From assembly GCA_964514565.1 (NCBI GenBank), contig CAZERA010000001.1, positions 496,001-552,079 on the forward strand: 56,079 nucleotides of DNA. Direction: 5' to 3'. Shown here piece by piece: positions 9,955 to 18,278 of the stretch (the stretch's first letter is position 1; each line of letters starts with the position of its first letter). The position numbers and the translations under genes were made by a program. The stretch is from an uncultured Candidatus Peribacteria bacterium. Its GTDB lineage: Bacteria > Patescibacteriota > Gracilibacteria > RBG-16-42-10. The notes beneath the pieces were generated by a model that ran no database searches, was not told the origin of the DNA, and saw nothing but the letters and a program-made list of their open reading frames with translations.

Positions 9955-10791
9955 TTACAAGCGTAATCCAAATAATCCCCCTAGGATGATGGCCAAGATA
10001 AACAACACCAATATTACTGGTACTGCAATAACAGCACCCAACATGATTTTGCTAGCAATGCCCGCTTTTCCAGTACTCTCCGATCCAGGTAAGATAGCTT
10101 GAGAATGATCTGCTTTTGTAGTAGGCAATGTGGCTAGTCGTTCTGTTTGAGTGATGCTGATAGTATGTACTATTTTGAGTAACAATATAATGAAAGCAAT
10201 ATAACAAAGACTAGCTACCATATAAAAGAAAGTAGCAATACTGATCAATTGAATATCTTGTGCTGAATTGAGACTAATCGTTGTTGAAGTATGCAAAGTA
10301 ATAGCGATGTAGTAAGCAATTGAACCTGTGATCGCTGATCCCCACCAAGTTTTCACTGTCTGCCAATTGGTAGGATCTACTACCTTTTGCCAGATCTCAC
10401 GCATGTTGATATATGGTCCGCGAAGATTGACGATCGGTACAATACATTCTCCAATTACAGCGCCTGGAGTATTGGCAGTTTCTTGATCCAAAGCATAAAG
10501 ATTGCGATATGCCTGATAGAACCAAACTAGAAAGATCACTACTGCTGCCCAAAACAATGAGTCAAAAAGAGAAGCATTGTGATCATACCAACTAATGATT
10601 GGATTATTGAGCCAATTAAATATGCCCGGATTGTTGTTGAGTAAAGCCCAATTGCCTATGAATACCACTAATGTCACTAAGCATATCTCAGCGATTGCCA
10701 CTACTCCATAAATGCTTAAGAGCATGGATAGGGTTTTGAGGGAAGTGAAGGGGACGTTGAGTTGGAAGTAGGACTTTTTTTGTGGAAGCAT
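9955..10791 (-). CDS. DUF4328-like membrane protein
   Basis: FLVWFYQAYRNL...PGAVIGECIVPIVNLRGPYINMREIW matches the DUF4328 pattern (W..RA..N...AV...F.P..NL..PY....E.W). Several TM helices. Confidence 0.75.
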   Translation of the reverse strand: MLPQKKSYFQLNVPFTSLKTLSMLLSIYGVVAIAEICLVTLVVFIGNWALLNNNPGIFNWLNNPIISWYDHNASLFDSLFWAAVVIFLVWFYQAYRNLYALDQETANTPGAVIGECIVPIVNLRGPYINMREIWQKVVDPTNWQTVKTWWGSAITGSIAYYIAITLHTSTTISLNSAQDIQLISIATFFYMVASLCYIAFIILLLKIVHTISITQTERLATLPTTKADHSQAILPGSESTGKAGIASKIMLGAVIAVPVILVLFILAIILGGLFGLRL

Positions 10792-10798
10792 GGGAATT

Positions 10799-10833
10799 AA
10801 TTAACAATTTACAATTCTCAATTTACAGTTTTT
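10799..10833. repeat. AT-rich 7-bp tandem repeat tract
   Basis: aattaac aatttac aattctc aatttac agttttt, downstream of P6. Confidence 0.7.
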
Positions 10834-10850
10834 TTGAGGGGAGAAGGCTT

Positions 10851-12500
10851 CTATGTTTCGGCTTTTTCGTAGCACTCTTGGCAGAGGACTGGTTGATCTT
10901 TGGGGTTGTGGACGCTTCTGAGTGATTGGTTGCAATTGCTGCACTGAATGTCTTGGAGGGGGAGGATTTTGTTTTGGTAGAGTTTTAATTTGATGCGTTC
11001 TAGTGGCGCTACTTGAGGTAACGGTATTTTGAGTTGTTGGTATGCTTGTAACTCTTGTTTGATGATGCGATAGCGTTTGCCGGATTTGGTACAGATGTAA
11101 ACATTACCAAGCATGCTCTCATCTGCATCTTTGATGTTATCTACCAAAGTAGATGTTGGAGCAGGTGATTCTGGTTTATCTTCTGCCCAGCTGAAACCTC
11201 GCGCCAAGGCTTCTTCTTTGGTCATCGGACAATAGGTCATTCCTTCAGACTCATTGTAGTGACAATAGCTCATCGATGGTGGGAAAAATTGCCCATACTC
11301 TTTGGTCTGGCGCATATGTTCGCGTAGCTTTTCTACCAATGCTAAGTACTCTTCTTTTGAATACTGTTTGTTCAGTATGCAATACTGTTTCTTTTTGAGT
11401 CCAACGCAACCAAAACAGTCACTAGAGCTTGAGGTATAGATACAGTATTCGAGATCACGGACATTGTTCCAAGTATGTAAGCAAAACTTGAGATTGTATG
11501 CATTTTGACCGCAACTCATACAGCGATAAATCAACTCAGCACCATTACCAAATCCGGTAAAATCAATACAGTCTTTGGCTTTGTTGAGCTGTACGCCGTT
11601 TTCGATATCTTGAGAGGTGTTTACGAAATAGCAATCTTGGCAGTTTTGAGTGCTATTGAGCTCATCGCCGGTAGAGTTTTCGTTTTGACTACCGAGCAAA
11701 TATTTAATTGGGAATTGTTTTTTGAAAGCAGCAAATTTTTGTTTCTCAGCTTGGACAGTTTGGTAACTACCCAAATCAATTGTGGCCATCTTGGCTTCAT
11801 AATCTTCTTTGCTGAGCGCCTGATTATAAAAATGATATTCTTTGTTGCGTAAGTTTACACATCCATAGCAGTGCTTGAGTCCGCGACAGTTGTACACAAG
11901 AGCAGAATCTGAACAATTAGCACTTTGCTCACTATGGCGGACATTGTAACAATTGGTGACTTGGTAACAGTCATAACACAATTCACAATCAGTACCCCAG
12001 AGGGTGTCGATCGTGTTTTTACAACGAATTAGTCCTGAAGAGAACATACAATCTTGATCTTCTGAACCAATGATCAATAAGTAACAGTTTTTGACATAGC
12101 CGACTCCATTGCAGTAGTCACTATTCTCAACGCTAGCTTTGTCTACAATCAAGTTTGGGGCAGGGACTGCTTTTTGGAGCTCAGCCATTTGCGCCAAGAA
12201 GGGACGATTCCAATCAATCTCTTTGCCATAGCTCATTGGATCCCAACGATCAGATTGCCATTCATCGATTTCATAGACAGTGAAGCCTTTTTCTGGAGGG
12301 ATACAGCTCAAGATGTTTTTCTTGGTTGCAGCACACTCAGTATTGTACAAAAAGACAGCATTGGAGAAGCTATACATCTGACGCATGCGTTCTTGTGGTG
12401 CTATCTCTGGTAGAGGGATATTGTGTTCTAGACAGTACTTTTCTTCTCGGTCAGATACCTGGAAAGGGTTGCCACTGATACGGCAAATCTTTTGTTGCAT
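10851..12500 (-). CDS. Cys-rich protein, paralog P6 (subtype with degenerate Zn sites)
   Basis: Start moved to ATG 12500 (MQQKICRISG, compare P3 MQQRICTLTG). Motifs CRIS, CAAT and CTKS, with final CSNC/CQEC intact. Confidence 0.92.
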   Translation of the reverse strand: MQQKICRISGNPFQVSDREEKYCLEHNIPLPEIAPQERMRQMYSFSNAVFLYNTECAATKKNILSCIPPEKGFTVYEIDEWQSDRWDPMSYGKEIDWNRPFLAQMAELQKAVPAPNLIVDKASVENSDYCNGVGYVKNCYLLIIGSEDQDCMFSSGLIRCKNTIDTLWGTDCELCYDCYQVTNCYNVRHSEQSANCSDSALVYNCRGLKHCYGCVNLRNKEYHFYNQALSKEDYEAKMATIDLGSYQTVQAEKQKFAAFKKQFPIKYLLGSQNENSTGDELNSTQNCQDCYFVNTSQDIENGVQLNKAKDCIDFTGFGNGAELIYRCMSCGQNAYNLKFCLHTWNNVRDLEYCIYTSSSSDCFGCVGLKKKQYCILNKQYSKEEYLALVEKLREHMRQTKEYGQFFPPSMSYCHYNESEGMTYCPMTKEEALARGFSWAEDKPESPAPTSTLVDNIKDADESMLGNVYICTKSGKRYRIIKQELQAYQQLKIPLPQVAPLERIKLKLYQNKILPLQDIQCSNCNQSLRSVHNPKDQPVLCQECYEKAET

Positions 12501-12522
12501 AAGAACAAGTTTACTTGAGCCG

Positions 12523-12551
12523 ACTATAGGAAAGAGCTGTCTTTTTAGCAA
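12523..12551 (-). promoter_or_regulatory. putative sigma70 promoter for P6
   Basis: TTGCTA-N17-TATAGT, with the -10 about 23 bp from the ATG. Confidence 0.6.
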
Positions 12552-12582
12552 TCTTTCTTGAGTAGTTAAACGGATCTTAACT

Positions 12583-14277
12583 TTAGGCTATAACTAGTTG
12601 ATAACATGTTTCACAGAGTATTTTTTCTGGTCTCTCGGGAGCGTATGAGGTCACTACTTTTTTTTGACATTGATCACATGTTCTCTGCCATAGTTTTCTT
12701 GGAGGTTTAGCCTCTTTTCTTTGTGAATTACGTAAGTCTGGGTGCTTGCGTGGTAAGGGGATATCGTGTGTTCGGTAAAAATTAAGCTCGGGCTTTGTGA
12801 TACGAAATGGTCTCTGTGTAATCGAACACTGAATAGCAACTTGTAAAATATTGTCGTCAACATCAGTAATACTATCGGATAGCTCAGTATTCGTAAGTAT
12901 CGTTTTAACTTGCGGCTGGGGAGCTTTATAAGCTGACCAAGTAAAACCTTTTTCAAGTGCAATAGCTTCACTCAAGGGATAATACTCTTGAGCTACAGTT
13001 TCATTGTAACCAAAGGCAGATAGCTGTGAAGGAAAGAATTCTCCGAATTCACCAGTTTTTTGCATATGCCCGGCTATTTGTGCTGCGAGTATTTCATAAT
13101 CCTCGGCACTATATTGTTTATTGAGGATAGCGTATCTGGCATGATTCTTGAGGCCAGCGCAGCCAAAGATATCGCTACACCCCAAGACACAAAAAGTAGA
13201 ATGATAAATGCGTTGCGCCCCAAATGAGGCATAATAACTAGCTAATATTGCCTGTGCACCTTCACCAATACAAGAGCTATTAAAGACTAAGCTAGTATTG
13301 CTGCCCCATTTATCAACATCTTCACAGTCAGTAGCAGTTTGAATAAGCTGACAACAATAGCGACAATCTTGAATGTCTTTGCAGTCAAAACAATCAAAAC
13401 TATTTTGGCTGTTTACTATATTGTTGCCTGTACAATTCTCAGCTTGATTCCCTCGGTAAGCACGGCGGGGGAACTTTTGAAAGAAATCATTTACCTGAAT
13501 CTTCATGTTTTCTCGCTGCGTGAAATTCTCTAAATGAAATGATTGAATAGTCCTTTCGTATTCTTCTTTGGTATAAGGTTTATTGAAAATAAAGTATTCT
13601 TTTTGGTTTAGATTAATACAGCCAAAGCAATGCTTGAGATTGCTACAATCCATCAAGAAATAACTATCACTACAATTTTGACTAAAAGAACAGTGCTGTA
13701 CGTTGTAGCAATTGAGACAATTGCTGCACTCGTAGCAAAACTGTGATTGTTGTAAACATAGTCCATCAACACAATCATTGTTTGAATTGAAAGTTTCTAA
13801 ATACAAACAATCTTGGGCATTGCCGCCATCGAAACATAAATAGCAGTTTTTTAGCTGGCCGCAGCTATTATTATAATCACTATTTTCTGTTTCAATTAAG
13901 ATAACTCCCAACTTAGGCACGACGTTGAATAGTTCGCGGAATTGGTCGAAAAACGGCTGGTTGGGATTAAAATCTCTACCATAACTGAAAGGATCCCATT
14001 GATCACTCCAATAACAACTGGGACAATAAACTGTAATTGATTTATCTGAGCTATAAATACTGATGATGTCTTTTTGACATAGTGAACATGAGCGCTGATA
14101 CAGATTTCTTTCATTACGAAATGCTAGCCGTCTTTGTTGGCGGCAAGTTGGGCAAAGCGCAGGATCAGAAATAAGATACTTTTTGTGGTTAAAAACAGGT
14201 GAAATTTTATTATAAAAACTGTTGTCCTGCTCATTGAGGGTGAATGTTTGGGTGCAATGGTTACAGGCTTTTTCCAT
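12583..14277 (-). CDS. Cys-rich protein, paralog P7
   Basis: Start moved to ATG 14277 (MEKACNHC). Same architecture, most similar to P4. Confidence 0.92.
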   Translation of the reverse strand: MEKACNHCTQTFTLNEQDNSFYNKISPVFNHKKYLISDPALCPTCRQQRRLAFRNERNLYQRSCSLCQKDIISIYSSDKSITVYCPSCYWSDQWDPFSYGRDFNPNQPFFDQFRELFNVVPKLGVILIETENSDYNNSCGQLKNCYLCFDGGNAQDCLYLETFNSNNDCVDGLCLQQSQFCYECSNCLNCYNVQHCSFSQNCSDSYFLMDCSNLKHCFGCINLNQKEYFIFNKPYTKEEYERTIQSFHLENFTQRENMKIQVNDFFQKFPRRAYRGNQAENCTGNNIVNSQNSFDCFDCKDIQDCRYCCQLIQTATDCEDVDKWGSNTSLVFNSSCIGEGAQAILASYYASFGAQRIYHSTFCVLGCSDIFGCAGLKNHARYAILNKQYSAEDYEILAAQIAGHMQKTGEFGEFFPSQLSAFGYNETVAQEYYPLSEAIALEKGFTWSAYKAPQPQVKTILTNTELSDSITDVDDNILQVAIQCSITQRPFRITKPELNFYRTHDIPLPRKHPDLRNSQRKEAKPPRKLWQRTCDQCQKKVVTSYAPERPEKILCETCYQLVIA

Positions 14278-14297
14278 AAAAGTATTTACTATCGATA

Positions 14298-14326
14298 ATA
14301 GTAGAGAAATATGGTCGCGATTGAAA
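14298..14326 (-). promoter_or_regulatory. putative sigma70 promoter for P7
   Basis: TTTCAA-N17-TACTAT, with the -10 about 21 bp from the ATG. The -10 is one arm of a TACTAT-N5-ATAGTA inverted repeat (14287-14303). Confidence 0.4.
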
Positions 14327-14463
14327 GACATTTTATGTACTAGCTTGTCTGTAAGTCCACTTTCAATTTCGCAGCAGGTTCGAAGTATACACAAAAATAA
14401 ATCCTCATTTGTTTTCTCAATTTCAACATCATGCTATGCTTGCTACTAGATTGATATATTTTT

Positions 14464-15351
14464 ATGAAAAGTGATGAACTGATAGCTAAGCTCGATCAGG
14501 CTTTTTCGATTGCCGATATATTCGACCAATGGCATTGGAATTTTGATGATGAGTTTAAAAAACGGGCGGTGCCAAAGTTTATGATACCTGAGCACAATAC
14601 TGGTCTGATGTTTGATTATACTGATGAAGTGAATCATATCTACACTGCTTTTTCTCCTAGTACTTTTGTATTGGAGCAAATTGTGAAAGCGGGCATTAAA
14701 GGAGTGCTTCTGGTTGTGAAGCATGCTTTTGATTGGGATGGCCGTAGTAGTGGTATTGGTTTTAGCCCATTTTCTTTACGTGACTATGAGCTGATGGAGG
14801 AGGGGCAGATTTCTATTTACTCTTTGCATACCCCTTGGGATCGCAACCGTAATGATACGTTTGTTTCTACTGCTTATGGATTTGCTAAAAAGATTGGTTT
14901 ACAAGTAGAACGCGAGTTTGCCGAAGAGCCAGATAATCCTGGTTTGGTGCTTGGCTTAATCGGTACATTACCTGTAGATACGATTGATGATTTACAAAAA
15001 AGCTTAACTGCTACTTTGGGCTATGCCGTGAAGGTTTTCAAAAAACAGGATCAGGTCAGAAAGGTAGCAATAGTGACTGGTGGAGGATTCCTGCCATCAC
15101 TGATGCGAGAAGCAATTGATCTTGGTTGTGATACTTACATCACTGGTATCATTACCGGTAACGCTGCAGAGTACAGTTTGAACTCTTATCCCAAGACAAA
15201 AGCTAAAGTAGATTTATTACCAATCAATGTGGTAGGGGCGTCACATTATCTAACAGAGAAATGGGCTCCACAGTTTTCAGTACCATACTTTGAGCAATTC
15301 GCACCTAGTAGTTTTGTTGAGGATATAAGCGCTCTAGAAAAGCTTGAATAA
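14464..15351 (+). CDS. Nif3-like dinuclear metal-centre protein
   Basis: Motifs LLVVKHAF, IYSLHTPWD, KVAIVTGGG, GCDTYITG and SHYLTEKW of the NIF3/YbgI family. Confidence 0.88.
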   Translation: MKSDELIAKLDQAFSIADIFDQWHWNFDDEFKKRAVPKFMIPEHNTGLMFDYTDEVNHIYTAFSPSTFVLEQIVKAGIKGVLLVVKHAFDWDGRSSGIGFSPFSLRDYELMEEGQISIYSLHTPWDRNRNDTFVSTAYGFAKKIGLQVEREFAEEPDNPGLVLGLIGTLPVDTIDDLQKSLTATLGYAVKVFKKQDQVRKVAIVTGGGFLPSLMREAIDLGCDTYITGIITGNAAEYSLNSYPKTKAKVDLLPINVVGASHYLTEKWAPQFSVPYFEQFAPSSFVEDISALEKLE

Positions 15352-15387
15352 TAATTCTGAACTTACATAATGAGCTAGAAGCAGGAA

Positions 15388-16347
15388 TTATTTCCTAATA
15401 TATTGGTGCGATGTACGCAGAGCATCAAGCTGAGCTTCAACTTCATTTGATCCAGGAAAGGCAATTTCTATTGTTCCTCTTTGTATTTCTTGACGATTAG
15501 GGCCGGACAAGATTGTATTTACTCTAGCAAAGTTAAATCGGCCATTGGTGCGAAATGGATCTTGTAAGGCTACGGTGATCACGCTGCCAGGTGTTAGTTT
15601 GCTTAAATCAGGGACGGCTACTTTTTGGCCACCTGCTGCTAAGAAATCTCGTGGCATTTTTATAACTGAATTGATCAGCGATGCCCCCAGTGGCAATACT
15701 AGATCCATGTAAGTAGCAATTTGGAAACCTGGAGATGCTCTTTCATAGTCAGTCATGACTACGCGCGCCTTTACCGGAACTGACATCCGAATTTCACTTT
15801 GGTCACTGCTGACAAATGCATGATTGTCGTAAATGGCAGTTGTCTTGATACTTCTATCTATCCACTTACCACCAGCAACTGGTTTACCGAGTGGAGTGGC
15901 AACTATAGTGATTGCTCGCCGCTGATTAGTTACCATTTTGATTGTGGCTGTTCCACCTCTGATCTCTTCAGGTTTGAATTGGTCGGCACTTGCTGCCACT
16001 ATTTTTAGTTCAGTTTGAATGAGTTTTCTGAATCTCATTTCTTGAGCAGCAACAAACTCTTCACCTGCTTCAAGTAAAGTTTTTCCTAAGTCTGTCATCG
16101 CAATCAATGCATCGGGTCCATGTATCATCGAATCACTTGGACCACTAAAAAAGAGGCGACTTTCTCCAGTTGCCTTTTGACATACTTGGTCGATATCTAC
16201 ATTTGCAAGTACATCCCTTACTGGATCGCGCACTGTTTCATCAGGCAGATCTGTTTGCAGCGCTATTCTGATAGATTCGAAGTCTTCATGTGCTTGGGCA
16301 ATGAATGGATGTCTGCTAAGAGGTATCGAAGGTTGACCGAAGGCCAT
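15388..16347 (-). CDS. hypothetical protein, possible double hot-dog fold (paralog A)
   Basis: 319 aa with LFFSG....IHGPD.LI.M motif. Colinear with 16407..17354. The fold is inferred. Confidence 0.7.
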   Translation of the reverse strand: MAFGQPSIPLSRHPFIAQAHEDFESIRIALQTDLPDETVRDPVRDVLANVDIDQVCQKATGESRLFFSGPSDSMIHGPDALIAMTDLGKTLLEAGEEFVAAQEMRFRKLIQTELKIVAASADQFKPEEIRGGTATIKMVTNQRRAITIVATPLGKPVAGGKWIDRSIKTTAIYDNHAFVSSDQSEIRMSVPVKARVVMTDYERASPGFQIATYMDLVLPLGASLINSVIKMPRDFLAAGGQKVAVPDLSKLTPGSVITVALQDPFRTNGRFNFARVNTILSGPNRQEIQRGTIEIAFPGSNEVEAQLDALRTSHQYIRK

Positions 16348-16406
16348 GGTTTAAATTTAAGGTAATTGGAACTGAAAACAGTAAGTTATTGCCTAAGGTA
16401 AACTGA

Positions 16407-17354
16407 TTATCTAATGAGCGGGTGGGATGATACTTGCATCGTAACTACATCTGCTACAAGCTTTGAATTGGGCATGGCAATCTCTATAGTTGCTGATGCT
16501 ATTTCTTTTGCATCGCGAGTAATAAGAGTTGTTTTTAAAACTCCGAAACTAAATCTTTTCTTGCATACCAATGGATCCTGCAATTCGATCGTAAATAGGC
16601 CGTCTTCTTCTAAGTTTGCCAGATTAGGGATTGTCATCTTTTTGCAACCTGCTGCCAGCATCATTTGGGCACCAGCAAATTTTTTCATCATATTGCCACC
16701 CGCTTGTAAGGCTAAGTCAAAGAAAGTGGCTAGTTGGATTGCTGGAGAAAAAATATCGCGACCACTCATAGTTGGGGGCCCACTAGTTAAGTATCTTCTT
16801 TCAACACAGTCGGTTTTGATTGTTTCTACCATAGTGTCGCCAAAAATACCTGATACTGCTGCAATCCTTCCTACCCACTGCCCCCCAGCTACTGGTGTTG
16901 GTAGTGCTGTTCCTGTTATTGTTAGCAATCGACCTTGATTAGTAGTCACTTTTAAAATTACTGCTGCCTGAGCAAGCTCGTCTTTTGATATTTGATCCGG
17001 GGTTGTTGCTACTAATGCTAGCTCACTTCTTACAATTTCTCGAAATTGTGCTTCACGGATAGATGTTATCTCTTCACCACTATCTAGGAGCTTTCTCGCT
17101 ATTTCTACCATTGGAATTAAGGTGTCCGGTCCATGAATAAATCCAGCACTCACTCCACTGAAAAATAACCGTGTTTCGCCTCTAGCTTTTTGGAGCGCGC
17201 GATCTACGTGGCCAACTACAAGGCTATCCAAGATTGGTGTGCGTTCGGTAGCATCTGATTGAACAGTTTTTAAGCCAATCTTAATTGGTCTGGAAGTGGA
17301 AGGGTGTGAGACACGGTAAGCCGTCGGCTCGGTTGGTTGTCTATTGAATGCCAC
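16407..17354 (-). CDS. hypothetical protein, possible double hot-dog fold (paralog B)
   Basis: GTG start (MAFNRQP versus MAFGQP). Shares IHGPD, TNQ.R..TI, PVAGG.W, SP..Q.AT..DL.L, LAAG and LQDP blocks with paralog A. Confidence 0.7.
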   Translation of the reverse strand: MAFNRQPTEPTAYRVSHPSTSRPIKIGLKTVQSDATERTPILDSLVVGHVDRALQKARGETRLFFSGVSAGFIHGPDTLIPMVEIARKLLDSGEEITSIREAQFREIVRSELALVATTPDQISKDELAQAAVILKVTTNQGRLLTITGTALPTPVAGGQWVGRIAAVSGIFGDTMVETIKTDCVERRYLTSGPPTMSGRDIFSPAIQLATFFDLALQAGGNMMKKFAGAQMMLAAGCKKMTIPNLANLEEDGLFTIELQDPLVCKKRFSFGVLKTTLITRDAKEIASATIEIAMPNSKLVADVVTMQVSSHPLIR

Positions 17355-17501
17355 AAATAAATATAATGAAGGTTGATTATAATGCTGTTATTTTGCTTGT
17401 CAATTTGTCATAATTAAATTGTTGGATGTTTATCAATAAGGCTTGAATTTCTACTTTTCTTTAGCAATTGTTTGGACTAGTATCTCACCTCAACTATTTT
17501 T

Positions 17502-18278
17502 ATGGGTGGATCAAGGTGCGGAAGTAAAGATACGATTGGTTTGGCTGCAAAAGCTAGTCTTCGTAAATGGTGTCCTAGCCAAAATCTACCCAAAGCTTGT
17601 TTCACTTGGGCAGAAAAGCATGCGTTAAAGTTAACAGATGGAACAATAGTCACTCCTAGTCTGAGCCTTTATCGAGGTACTGATCCCACTAAGCTTGTTT
17701 TAAGTGTGATTGATGATCAGGGGAATCCACGTGTTAGACTGCAAGCTATTTTAGCTGATCATAGTACTAGTACTTTATCCTTCGATTTAGTGACCAGATC
17801 TTGTCATCCATTTGCCACTTGGAAAGAGCACAAATCAGATGCTCAAACCAATGAAGTCTCCACTGCGGAGTTATTAATGGATACTGCAAAATGGCCTCGT
17901 GCTTGGCAGCGAGTGGGAACAAAACGAGAAGCTCTTGAAGTGTTTGTTTGTACTGATATTGTGGCTCGGGGAATGATTGTGGTCAGAGCCACTGCAGCAG
18001 ATTTGGCTAAACACTACTCGCTTGAGCGTTTGGTTTATTCATTTTCACATGTGGCTGACTCTTTGCATGGCAATACCTATCCATCAGCGCAGTTTAGTAG
18101 CAGAAATGGTGGCGCAATGGAAGTCCATCTAGTACCAGAAAACCATCGCAGTGTAGTAGGAGATAAAGCCTGTATTCGTGGCATGCTTCTGCCTGATGAA
18201 CATGTGGAGGTACCACTCAATCCACAGCTCGTTGCTCTGTATCGTGAGGTGCTAAAGAGTGTAGTTAGTTCAACTTAA
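17502..18278 (+). CDS. hypothetical protein
   Basis: 258-aa ORF filling the gap between genes. Exact start uncertain. Confidence 0.6.
   Translation: MGGSRCGSKDTIGLAAKASLRKWCPSQNLPKACFTWAEKHALKLTDGTIVTPSLSLYRGTDPTKLVLSVIDDQGNPRVRLQAILADHSTSTLSFDLVTRSCHPFATWKEHKSDAQTNEVSTAELLMDTAKWPRAWQRVGTKREALEVFVCTDIVARGMIVVRATAADLAKHYSLERLVYSFSHVADSLHGNTYPSAQFSSRNGGAMEVHLVPENHRSVVGDKACIRGMLLPDEHVEVPLNPQLVALYREVLKSVVSST

Noticed and set aside
903..14277. Ferredoxin-type 4Fe-4S assignment for the central CxxCxxCxxC runs
   Set aside because: The spacing is not the CxxCxxCxxxCP motif, and Cys is often replaced by Ser, Leu or Met between paralogs. That fits a solenoid ladder better. Fe-S binding is not excluded but is unsupported.
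1..14277. Diversity-generating retroelement acting on the paralog array
   Set aside because: No reverse transcriptase is in the window, and I saw no near-identical TR/VR pair differing only at adenines. The paralogs are diverged along their whole length.
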